A stretch of DNA of 64,000 nt, from assembly GCA_031362155.1 (NCBI GenBank), contig JANLRZ010000206.1, positions 16,805 through 80,804 on the forward strand, read 5' to 3'. Shown one piece after another: positions 17,772-26,431 of the stretch. Position 1 is the stretch's first letter. The number at the start of each line of letters is the position of its first letter. Made by a program: the position numbers and the translations under genes. This stretch comes from Acidimicrobiia bacterium. Lineage in GTDB: Bacteria > Actinomycetota > Acidimicrobiia > IMCC26256 > JAENVU01. Under the pieces are notes generated by a model. That model had not been told where the DNA came from and made no database searches. It saw only the letters and a program-made list of their open reading frames with translations.

Positions 17772-19580
17772 GTGATCCTGATCGACGCCAGCGGCCTGCG
17801 GGCGACCCGGCCGAACCGACCGCTGTTCTCGGACCTCTCGCTGACCCTGAGCGACGGCGATCGGATCGGCGTCGTCGGGCTCAACGGCTGCGGCAAGAGC
17901 ACCCTGCTCAGCATGCTCAGTGGCGAGCGCGAACCCGAGGCCGGCGTCGTGCGGTTCGGACGCGGTGCGCGTGTCGGGGCGTTGGGCCAGACCCCGGTCC
18001 TTCCACCGGGTCCCGTGCGCTCGGTCGTGTGCGACGGGCTCGACGGTCAGGAATGGCAGGGCGAAGCGATGCTCGACCGGCTCGGCATGGCCGGGATGCT
18101 CGATGCGCCGACCGACCAACTCTCCGGCGGTCAGCGCAAGCGTGTCGCACTCGCCGCGTTGCTCGCCCGCGAGTGGGATGCCCTCATTCTCGATGAACCG
18201 ACCAACCATCTCGACCTCGACGCGATCGCGTTCCTCGAGACGTGGTTGGCCGACTTCACCGGTGGCCTGCTCCTCGTCACCCACGATCGCCATGTCCTCG
18301 ATCGGGTCACCACGAAGGTGCTCGAGATCGATCGGGGCACGGGCTACATGCACGTGCCCCTCAATCGGACTGCCGGTTCCGGCTACGCCGCCTATCTCGC
18401 GGCCCGCACCGAACGCGAAGAGCACGCCGCGGCCGCGGAACAGACGCGCAAGAACCTCGCGCGCCGTGAACTCGCATGGCTCCAGCGCGGCGCGCCCGCT
18501 CGTTCCACGAAACCGAAGGCACGCGTCGACACGGCCAAGGCACTTATCGCACGCGGTCCCCAGGCGGCCGCCCGCGACGGCGACCTCGGCCTGACCTTGG
18601 GCAGCTCACGCCTCGGCTCGCGCGGCATAGAACTCCACGACGTCGACTTCTCCTGGCCCGACGATCCGCGTCTCGTTCTCGACCGAATCAACCACATGTT
18701 CGAACCCGGAGATCGCGTCGGAATCGTCGGAGCGAACGGGGTCGGAAAGAGCACCCTGCTCGATCTCATCGCGGGCCGCCGGCAGCCCACGCGCGGCACG
18801 GTCGACATCGGCACCACCGTGAAGGTCGGCTACTACGACCAACTCGGTCGCGACCTGGATCTCGGTCAACGCGTGCGGGATGCCGTGGCCGGTGAGAAGG
18901 GCGCACCGTCGGTGGCCGACGGCAAGCTGATGCGCCAGTTCTGGTTCGACGATGACACCCAAATGGCCCCGATCGGCACCCTCTCCGGCGGCGAACGGCG
19001 GCGATTGCAGCTGCTCCTGACGTTGGTGGAACAGCCGAACGTGCTCCTGCTCGACGAACCCACCAACGACCTCGACCTCGATACCCTGCGCGCGCTCGAG
19101 GAGTTCCTCGACGACTGGCCGGGCATCGTCGTGGTCGTCAGCCACGACCGGGTCTTCCTCGATCGCACCGTCGAAGACGTGTTGGCCATCGACGTACACG
19201 CCCATGCCGCGGTGGTACGGGGTGGCGTCACGGGATGGCTCTCGCACCGCACCTCGTCGAGCCCACCCCCGAGTACCGCCCGGACGAGCAGCACCCGCAA
19301 CCCGCCGACTGCCGCGCCGACCGTCCCACCGGCTCGCGCGCCATCCAAGAAGAGCCCGAGCACCCTGCGCCGTCAGCTCGCAGTCGCGGAACGCGACCTC
19401 GCCGCGGCGATCGCTGCGCACGATGAACTCCAAACGCGACTCCACATCGCGACCACCGACCACGAGGCGTTGGCCCGAATCAGCTCCGAGCTCGCGGCGT
19501 CTCAGACCCAGGTCGACGACGCCGAGGAGCGCTGGCTCACCCTGGCCGACCAAGCCGAGTCCATCGGCATGGACATCTGA
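17772..19580 (+). CDS. ABC-F family ATPase (Uup/EttA-like, soluble)
   Basis: Two cassettes (Walker A GLNGCGKST and GANGVGKST; signatures LSGGQRKR and LSGGERRR), no TM segments, and a C-terminal coiled-coil tail. Start moved to GTG 17772, immediately before ILIDASGL. ORF-track start 17661 overlaps the ALDH start. Confidence 0.9.
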   Translation: MILIDASGLRATRPNRPLFSDLSLTLSDGDRIGVVGLNGCGKSTLLSMLSGEREPEAGVVRFGRGARVGALGQTPVLPPGPVRSVVCDGLDGQEWQGEAMLDRLGMAGMLDAPTDQLSGGQRKRVALAALLAREWDALILDEPTNHLDLDAIAFLETWLADFTGGLLLVTHDRHVLDRVTTKVLEIDRGTGYMHVPLNRTAGSGYAAYLAARTEREEHAAAAEQTRKNLARRELAWLQRGAPARSTKPKARVDTAKALIARGPQAAARDGDLGLTLGSSRLGSRGIELHDVDFSWPDDPRLVLDRINHMFEPGDRVGIVGANGVGKSTLLDLIAGRRQPTRGTVDIGTTVKVGYYDQLGRDLDLGQRVRDAVAGEKGAPSVADGKLMRQFWFDDDTQMAPIGTLSGGERRRLQLLLTLVEQPNVLLLDEPTNDLDLDTLRALEEFLDDWPGIVVVVSHDRVFLDRTVEDVLAIDVHAHAAVVRGGVTGWLSHRTSSSPPPSTARTSSTRNPPTAAPTVPPARAPSKKSPSTLRRQLAVAERDLAAAIAAHDELQTRLHIATTDHEALARISSELAASQTQVDDAEERWLTLADQAESIGMDI

Positions 19581-19668
19581 CCCACTTCGCCAGAACCCCC
19601 TCGTCCCGGTATGGTTCCCGTCGACCGGCCTGTTCGCAGAGTGCGGACCCGAGTGCGGGGGGCAGGTA

Positions 19669-20688
19669 TTGATTCTCGCAGCGCTGCGTGATCTGCAGTG
19701 GCGGTGGAAGCGGTTCACGATCGCGATCGTCGCCACCGCGCTCGTCTTCAGCATGAGCCTGGTGATGTCCGGACTCTCGGATTCCTTCCCGAGTGAGATC
19801 AACCGATTGGTCGACACCCTCGGAGGTCAGAGTTACCTGGCGCCGACGGGAGAGGTCGGGCCGTTCACCAGCACCTCGATCGTGCCGACGGACCAGGCGC
19901 CTGACGCGGCACCGATGCTCTACTGGAGCGCAGCGCTGCGCGTGGGCGATGCCGACCGCCAAGCCGGGCTCTTCGGCCTCCCCATCGGCTGGCCCCTCAC
20001 TATCCATGACGGACGCACCACCCGGCGCGCCGGTGAAGTGGTGGTCGACGACTCCCTCGGTCTGTCGGTGGGAGACGCACTCCGCCTCGGTCCGAACCGC
20101 TACCGAGTGGTCGGCACGATGAGCCAGCGCACGATGTTCGGCGGCCAGCCGTTAGTCATCATGACGATCGGGGACGCACAGAATCAGCTGGCCGGCGGTG
20201 CGCGTATTACTCGCGCGTTCATCGACGACAAGCCCGCCGACGCACCGGCGCCCAAGGGGCTCGCCCGGTATTCGCTCGCCGAGGCACGCGAAGACCTCCT
20301 CCGACCGATGAAGAGCGCCAGCCAATCGATCACCTTCGTCAACGTGCTCCTCTGGCTCGTGGCGATCTGCATCATCGGCTCGGTCGTCTTCCTCAGCGCG
20401 CTCGAGCGCAGCCGCGACTTCGCGGTGTTCAAGGCCACCGGTGTGAAGTCCTGGCAGATGGGGCTCGGCTTGGCCCTCCAAGCGGTCGTACTCGCGGTCA
20501 TCGCATCGCTGCTGGCGATCGGCCTTGCGTACCTGCTCGCGCCGGCCTTCCCGATGCCCGTCTCGATCCCGCCGTCTGCCGCGATCAGCCTTCCGTTCAT
20601 CGCGATCGGCATCGGCTTCCTGGCGAGCCTGGCCGGATTACGCAAAACGATGGCCGCCGATCCGGTCGAAGCCTTCGGAGGACGCTGA
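19669..20688 (+). CDS. FtsX/MacB-type ABC transporter permease
   Basis: TTG 19669 follows a G-rich RBS. Layout is TM1 (FTIAIVATALVFSMSLV), a ~210-aa extracytoplasmic domain, then a 3-TM FtsX domain. The upstream part of ORF 19204 is R/P-rich and overlaps the ABC-F gene. Confidence 0.8.
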   Translation: MILAALRDLQWRWKRFTIAIVATALVFSMSLVMSGLSDSFPSEINRLVDTLGGQSYLAPTGEVGPFTSTSIVPTDQAPDAAPMLYWSAALRVGDADRQAGLFGLPIGWPLTIHDGRTTRRAGEVVVDDSLGLSVGDALRLGPNRYRVVGTMSQRTMFGGQPLVIMTIGDAQNQLAGGARITRAFIDDKPADAPAPKGLARYSLAEAREDLLRPMKSASQSITFVNVLLWLVAICIIGSVVFLSALERSRDFAVFKATGVKSWQMGLGLALQAVVLAVIASLLAIGLAYLLAPAFPMPVSIPPSAAISLPFIAIGIGFLASLAGLRKTMAADPVEAFGGR

Positions 20689-20689
20689 G

Positions 20690-21673
20690 ATGCCGAAACT
20701 GACCATCGACCAACTGACCGTGCGGTACGGACAGGGCGAGAACGCCGTCACCCCACTCGACCGCTTCACCGCCGAAGTCCAGGAAGGCACGCTCGCGGTA
20801 CTGCTCGGTCCATCCGGCTGTGGCAAGACCACGCTCCTCTCGTGCGTCGCCGGGATCCAGCATCCGACCGACGGCACGATCACCTTCGGCGACACCGAGG
20901 TCACCGACCTCGACGCCGCCGGGCTCAACTCGTACCGCAGCGGCACCGTCGGCATCGTGTTCCAAGGCTTCAACCTCATCCCGTCGCTCAACGCGCTCGA
21001 GAACGTCCAGGTGCCCATGCGTGCGACCGCGGTATCCCGGGCCGAGTCTCGGAGTCGCGCGACGGCGTTGCTCGAGGATGTCGGCCTGGCCGAACGCGCC
21101 GCCCACCACCCCGATGGCCTCTCGGGCGGGCAGCAGCAGCGAGTCGCGATCGCGCGGGCGCTCGCACTCGATCCGCCGCTGATCGTCGCCGACGAGCCCA
21201 CCGCAAGCCTCGACCACGTGCAGGTCGAAGTCGTGCTCCGCATCCTGCGGAGCCTGACCAACCGGGGTCGCACCGTTGTCGTCTCGACGCACGACCCTCG
21301 GTTGATTCCGCTCGCCGACCAGCTGATCGAGATGCAGCCCCACGCGGCGCCCACCCCCGGCGGTCCGGCCATCGACGTCGCCTGTGCCGCGGGCGAGTTC
21401 CTCTTCGAGCAGGAGAGCGTCGGCGATCGGATCTACGAAATTCTCGATGGTGCGATCGAGATCACCCAGGAGCGCCCCGACGGATCCCGCCACGTCCTCA
21501 CGACCCTCGGGCCCGGCGACCAGTTCGGGGAGATGGGTCCGTTGTTCGACCTCCCGCGATCGGCCTCGGCGCGCGCGGTCTCGGCCACGACACTGCGGGC
21601 CTACACAGTCGACGGGTTCCGATCGCAGTTCGGCGCCGAACGACTCAAAGCTCTTGTCTCCCGCAACTCCTGA
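20690..21673 (+). CDS. ABC transporter ATP-binding protein fused to a C-terminal cyclic-nucleotide-binding domain
   Basis: ATG 20690 lies 1 nt after the permease TGA (20686-20688). Walker A GPSGCGKTT, signature LSGGQQQR, Walker B LIVADEPT. aa ~228-320 form a cNMP beta-roll with phosphate-binding cassette LGPGDQFGEMGPLFDLPRSASARA. Confidence 0.9.
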   Translation: MPKLTIDQLTVRYGQGENAVTPLDRFTAEVQEGTLAVLLGPSGCGKTTLLSCVAGIQHPTDGTITFGDTEVTDLDAAGLNSYRSGTVGIVFQGFNLIPSLNALENVQVPMRATAVSRAESRSRATALLEDVGLAERAAHHPDGLSGGQQQRVAIARALALDPPLIVADEPTASLDHVQVEVVLRILRSLTNRGRTVVVSTHDPRLIPLADQLIEMQPHAAPTPGGPAIDVACAAGEFLFEQESVGDRIYEILDGAIEITQERPDGSRHVLTTLGPGDQFGEMGPLFDLPRSASARAVSATTLRAYTVDGFRSQFGAERLKALVSRNS

Positions 21674-21691
21674 ACTCGGCGACCGGTCGGG

Positions 21692-23791
21692 CTACCGCAG
21701 GTCTTCGACGAACGAATCCCCCACACCATTGAGGTCGGCGACCGCGAGGTTGGTCGCGGAACTGCCGAACAGCGCTACCAGACCGTCATAGGAGACATCG
21801 CTCACACCGGCACCACCCCACCAGCCGGTCTCCTCGTTGACCGGCCAGGTGCCGTCGTCAGCCACGCCGATCGCTCGCGTCTCGTTCGTGAGTAGGTCGC
21901 GACGGATCGACGCCGAGTCGGTGATGTACGGCGCGGCGGGCAGCGGTTCACCACACTGGCAGCTGTAGAACGCGTAGCGGCCGTTCCCACTGATCGCGAG
22001 CGGGTAGCTCCCCTGGTTGGGCGGCACCTCGGTGTCAAGGAGCCGAGTCGTACCGGCAATCCGGTCGCGCAGGTAGACGTGCGGCGACGGCGCGGCGCCG
22101 TTCACGCCGCCGAGATCGGCGGAGCTCGTGGCGCCCGGGTACAGATTCCAGCCCGCCGATTGCAATTCGACGAGACGACCATCGGGGCTAATCACCGGTG
22201 TGCCGTAGCTGCACCCCGGAACCGATCCGTTGGTCTGCTGTGGCTGCTCGGCGTCGGTCACACTCACACGCTCGAAGCTATTGCCGTCCACGTCATAGAC
22301 GAACGTGTCGGCACAACCGTTGGAATCCCCGGCAACGCGGGTGCTCGATCCATCGGTGAACGCAACGAATCTCCCATTCCCACTGATGCGCGGGGTTCCC
22401 CAGTTGTACTGCCATGGTGCGACGAATTCCGGCGAGCGGCGAGCGAACTCGGTGGTCGTACCCGCACCTCGATCGACCAGCGTGAGCACCGTGATCGCCG
22501 CAGACTGCGCAGGGTCATACTCATAGCGGGTGCCCACCACCCGCATGCCGTCGTCGCTGATCGATCCTGCGGTGCCGGCGCCCAGATCAATCGTCGTCCC
22601 CGCGACGCGGTCCCGTACCAAGAGGTGGTCTTGAGAGAATGCACCGCTCGTGAAGAGTACGTAGCGCCCGTCGCTGCTCAATCCCTGTGGGGTCGCACCA
22701 CCGGCCCAGAGATTGGTGCTGAAGAATTGACCACCGGCGGCTGGGATGCTCACCAGCTCCGTGGTCTGGGCAAGGCGGTCGCGAACAAAGACGTCGGAGA
22801 GCTCGTTCGTGTCACCGATAACGAGGTTCGCGGACTTTGACGAAAACAGTGTGTAGCGGCCGTCGCCACTGATCTCGCTCGGGGCAGAGCCGCCGATCGT
22901 TCCCAACGAGCAGCTCGCGATGCTTTCTGCCTCTTGCTCGTCGTCGCCAACACCGACGCGCTCGATGTGGCCCTTCCACACTGGCGGTGCCGGAGGCGGG
23001 CTGCTCCCGTCGTCGTCGAGAATCTCGGAGGAACCGATCGAGTCGCCGACGATCGCGGGTCCGGACATCACCTGAATGCTCTGGATGATGTTCTCGCGAA
23101 ACGCCTCAGGCGTGGTGTCCGCGAGCACTTGAATCTTCACGCTCTTCGTTCGTTGACCGGCCGCGAATGCGACATTGGCGGCAGTGAGCACCGCATAATC
23201 CTCGCCAAGGGTCGCCGACGCGCAATTGGCATTGATGTGCACGACGATCTTCGAGGGCGCTGGTCGTGAGAGCGTGAGCGGGATCAGCGCGTAGTGATTG
23301 CCACTGTCAGCTTCGCTGACCGTGATCTCACCGACGGTCGCTTCGATCGCGGTCGCTACACCGTCGGAGTCGTCATCGACGATGGTGATCCCGCCCGGCG
23401 AATCCCCGAGTGTGGCGTTGAACGGGCTGCTCAAGACGACTCGGATGTGCTCGTCCGATTCCGGATCCGTGTCGCCGTAGACCGCGATGTTGAGTTGCTT
23501 CGTGGCCACGCCCGGCAAGAAGGACAACTTGCCCGAACGCGCAACGAAGTCGGCGCCCGTCGCAGTATCGGCGACGACCGCGAACTTGACCGTTGTCGTC
23601 GCCGTGGGGTTCGGCGCCGAGAGGTCGATCGGCACGTTGACGACCGCGGTGCCACTGTCGCCCTCGACCACCGTCGCGTTCCCTGCGCTGACCGTGGACA
23701 GCTCGACCGCCGCCGCCGGACCCGAGATGATTCCGAGCAGTCCCGCACTGGCAAGACCGAGACCGGAAAGGACCGAGATCGTTCGCCGCAT
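21692..23791 (-). CDS. Secreted protein: two Calx-beta-like domains plus TolB/PD40-type beta-propeller repeats
   Basis: RBS GGGGGGGAAACG precedes ATG 23791. Signal peptide LGLASAGLLGIISGPAAA|VE. Calx-beta pattern (VVEGDSGTAVVNVPIDL..., FLPGVATKQLNIAVYGDTDPESDE). Reiterated S.DGRY..F.S.A.NLV..D.N...DVFV.D blades. Confidence 0.8.
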   Translation of the reverse strand: MRRTISVLSGLGLASAGLLGIISGPAAAVELSTVSAGNATVVEGDSGTAVVNVPIDLSAPNPTATTTVKFAVVADTATGADFVARSGKLSFLPGVATKQLNIAVYGDTDPESDEHIRVVLSSPFNATLGDSPGGITIVDDDSDGVATAIEATVGEITVSEADSGNHYALIPLTLSRPAPSKIVVHINANCASATLGEDYAVLTAANVAFAAGQRTKSVKIQVLADTTPEAFRENIIQSIQVMSGPAIVGDSIGSSEILDDDGSSPPPAPPVWKGHIERVGVGDDEQEAESIASCSLGTIGGSAPSEISGDGRYTLFSSKSANLVIGDTNELSDVFVRDRLAQTTELVSIPAAGGQFFSTNLWAGGATPQGLSSDGRYVLFTSGAFSQDHLLVRDRVAGTTIDLGAGTAGSISDDGMRVVGTRYEYDPAQSAAITVLTLVDRGAGTTTEFARRSPEFVAPWQYNWGTPRISGNGRFVAFTDGSSTRVAGDSNGCADTFVYDVDGNSFERVSVTDAEQPQQTNGSVPGCSYGTPVISPDGRLVELQSAGWNLYPGATSSADLGGVNGAAPSPHVYLRDRIAGTTRLLDTEVPPNQGSYPLAISGNGRYAFYSCQCGEPLPAAPYITDSASIRRDLLTNETRAIGVADDGTWPVNEETGWWGGAGVSDVSYDGLVALFGSSATNLAVADLNGVGDSFVEDLR

Positions 23792-24069
23792 CGTTTCCCC
23801 CCCAAGGACCCCAGGCTGGCGCCGGCCCGGGCGGCACCCTACAAGTCCGAGGTTGCCCCGGCAATGAACCTCATTCCAGGTGGGGCGGGAAGTCTGGCCA
23901 CGCGAGCATGGATCCGTGGCAGCCGCGCGGCGTCAAGTCCGCGGCACGTCGACCGTCATCTGGAGTTGGGGATCAATGTGGGGGCGGAGAAGCGCTGCGC
24001 GTCGATCGAGAAGCGCCACGTTGGCTGAGGTTTCGCGCCGCAGCGAACCATCAGCTGCTCTGGCCAACC

Positions 24070-24720
24070 TCAGGTACGGGACCTCAGCACGGCGACGCCG
24101 TCGCCATCGAGATCGTCGAACCCGCTCGCGCGCTGAGTGATCGCCATGGCGATCGACACGGCCGGCCCCCGGACCAACGCACCGTCACCGTGGGACCAGT
24201 CGACGTCGCTCGCTTCGAAACGCAGCCCGTCGATGATTCCCTTCTTGACGAACCCTCGCTGCGCTTTCGGTGACACACAGAGGCCCGCCACGATCGCCGC
24301 CGCATCCGCCGGCACCGGCCGGACGATCCCCAGCGGCCGACAGATGTCCTGCCCGTGGAGCACCACATCGCTGAGTGGTGCCTCGAAACCGAACCCCGGC
24401 GGCTTGAACTGCGTTCGGGCGTTGGCGCGGATCACGGCACTGAGTTCCGGGCCCGGCCGCGGGTCCTCGAGTGCGACCCGGTTCGCGACCCGGTTGAAGT
24501 CCCCGCGCGCACCGATCATCTTGATCATCAAGCGCGGCAGCGAGACCTCGAAGGGCATGGCCAGATGGGCGGCCACGTTGCGCACCGTCCAGCCGGCGCA
24601 AAGGCTCGGCGTCTTCCACTGCTCGTCGGTGAATCCGTCCAGCGTGTCGGCGAGCGAGACCCGCTGGGTGCTGATCAGTTGGTGAATGTCAGTCACGGTT
24701 GCACTCCTCGCGGCGACCAC
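24070..24720 (-). CDS. DinB/MDMPI-family (mycothiol-dependent maleylpyruvate-isomerase-like) protein
   Basis: N-terminal pattern LADTLDGFTDEQWKTPSLCAGWTVRNVAAHL is typical of the actinobacterial MDMPI_N/DinB_2 metal-binding domain. Confidence 0.75.
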   Translation of the reverse strand: MVAARSATVTDIHQLISTQRVSLADTLDGFTDEQWKTPSLCAGWTVRNVAAHLAMPFEVSLPRLMIKMIGARGDFNRVANRVALEDPRPGPELSAVIRANARTQFKPPGFGFEAPLSDVVLHGQDICRPLGIVRPVPADAAAIVAGLCVSPKAQRGFVKKGIIDGLRFEASDVDWSHGDGALVRGPAVSIAMAITQRASGFDDLDGDGVAVLRSRT

Positions 24721-24806
24721 GGACGCGGCACCTGCCAGCGCCTCACCCCGGACAATAGGGTCGCAGCCCGCGGATCGCTACGAATCGCTCCGGTACGATT
24801 TCGGCG

Positions 24807-25895
24807 ATGCAGAACCCGCCTGCCAACGAGATCGGGGCCCGTCGCGCTTACGGGACGATGATCGCCGTCGCCGCGATGGCCATCGCGCTCAGCGGCCTGG
24901 CCGTCGTCTCGGAACCGGCCGCCGCGAACCACCGGCAGGGGACGTTGCGTCGTCTTGCGCAGGTACGACACCGGTTGGTCGGAACCGCGATCGGCCTGCC
25001 CGAGTTGACGACGGATCCGGAGCACCGCATCGTCGCGGCGCGCGAGTACTCGAGCGTGACCCCCGAGAACGCCATGAAATGGGCCGAGATCCATCCTGAG
25101 CAGGGCCGGTACGACTTCACCGGCGCCGACCAGACGGTGACCTTCGCCGAGGCCAACCGGATGAGCGTTCGCGGCCACGCGTTGGTGTGGCACCGCCAGA
25201 ATCCGGCGTGGCTCACCTCGGGGACCTTCAGCCGTGATGAGCTCATTGCGATCCTGCGCGATCACATCCACACCGTGGTCGGCCACTTTCGAGACCGTGT
25301 CCGGCAGTGGGACGTCGTCAACGAAGTGGTTGCCGACGATGGTTCCGGTCTGCGCGACAACCTCTGGCTCCGCGGCATCGGGCCCGAGTACGTCATGCTC
25401 GCGTTCCAGTTCGCGCACGAAGCCGATCCGCACGCCAAGCTCTTCATCAACGACTACCTGAGCGAGACGATCAACCCGAAGTCGAACTTCATCTACGACT
25501 ACGCATCGCTCGTCCGCGCGTACGGGATACCGATCCATGGCATCGGCGTCCAGATGCACCGGTTCCTCCTGCTGCCCGAATCGGCGGCCGACATCGAGGC
25601 CAACCTCCGTCGCCTGTCCGACGCCCGGTTTCTCGTCTGGATCACCGAAATGGACGTCGCGGTCTTGCTACCGGCCGACGCGACCAAGCTGGCCGACCAG
25701 GCCACCGTCTACGGCGAGGTCGTGACTGCCTGTCTGCGGGTGCGCCGGTGCCGAGGCATCACCACCTGGGGATTCACCGACCGCTACTCCTGGATCCCGG
25801 GCGAGTTCCCCGGCTTCGGTGCGGGCCTGCCGTTCGACGAGTCCCTCCAGGCCAAGCCCGCCTACGCCGCGATCGCCGCCGCCCTGCGCGGTTGA
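24807..25895 (+). CDS. Secreted GH10 endo-1,4-beta-xylanase
   Basis: Signal peptide. ENAMKW, HALVWHRQNPAWL, acid/base WDVVNE and nucleophile ITEMDV. Start may be the downstream Met (MIAVAAM). Confidence 0.9.
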   Translation: MQNPPANEIGARRAYGTMIAVAAMAIALSGLAVVSEPAAANHRQGTLRRLAQVRHRLVGTAIGLPELTTDPEHRIVAAREYSSVTPENAMKWAEIHPEQGRYDFTGADQTVTFAEANRMSVRGHALVWHRQNPAWLTSGTFSRDELIAILRDHIHTVVGHFRDRVRQWDVVNEVVADDGSGLRDNLWLRGIGPEYVMLAFQFAHEADPHAKLFINDYLSETINPKSNFIYDYASLVRAYGIPIHGIGVQMHRFLLLPESAADIEANLRRLSDARFLVWITEMDVAVLLPADATKLADQATVYGEVVTACLRVRRCRGITTWGFTDRYSWIPGEFPGFGAGLPFDESLQAKPAYAAIAAALRG

Positions 25896-25969
25896 CCGAG
25901 CTGATGGACCGTCCCGGGGAGCCGACGACCGGAGCCTGAGCTGAAGATCCACTCCGATTCGCCGGTCCC

Positions 25970-26431
25970 CTACTCCGACGGGCGCGGGCTCGGGGTGGAG
26001 GGACTCGATGCGCGGGACATCCATCGTTGCACCGCCGGCACCAACACCACGAGGGCGGCGACCCCGGAGACGACGGCGGCGGCACCGGCGAGTCGGTGCC
26101 CGTCGGCCAACGCGACAACCGCGCCGCCACCCACGAGCAGGCCGAGCGCCGAGAGCACGAACGCCGCCTGCCCCGCCCTGGTTGCAGTGAGCGCGTTGGT
26201 CGCGCTGACCGCCTGCGACTTCGTACGGTCCAACACTCGTTCGGCCCACGCGAACTCGGTCGCCAACACCGAGAACCCGACCACAAGCACCACCAGGCCG
26301 GGGCCGGGCAGGACGAGCATGACCAGCCCGGCGCCGAGGAGCCCGGCGCCGACCAACAGCACGACAAGCCGCCGGGTGTTGGACAGGATCCAGCGCAGCC
26401 ACACGGTGGGGTGGTGAAGTCCGGCACTCAT
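25970..26431 (-). CDS. PGPGW-family small membrane protein
   Basis: 153 aa from ATG 26431. LVMLVLPGPGLVVLVVGFSVLATEFAWAE motif and 4 predicted TM segments. The ATG overlaps the ATPase stop (ATGA at 26428-26431). The ORF-track extension to 26965 lies out of frame inside the ATPase gene. Confidence 0.7.
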   Translation of the reverse strand: MSAGLHHPTVWLRWILSNTRRLVVLLVGAGLLGAGLVMLVLPGPGLVVLVVGFSVLATEFAWAERVLDRTKSQAVSATNALTATRAGQAAFVLSALGLLVGGGAVVALADGHRLAGAAAVVSGVAALVVLVPAVQRWMSRASSPSTPSPRPSE

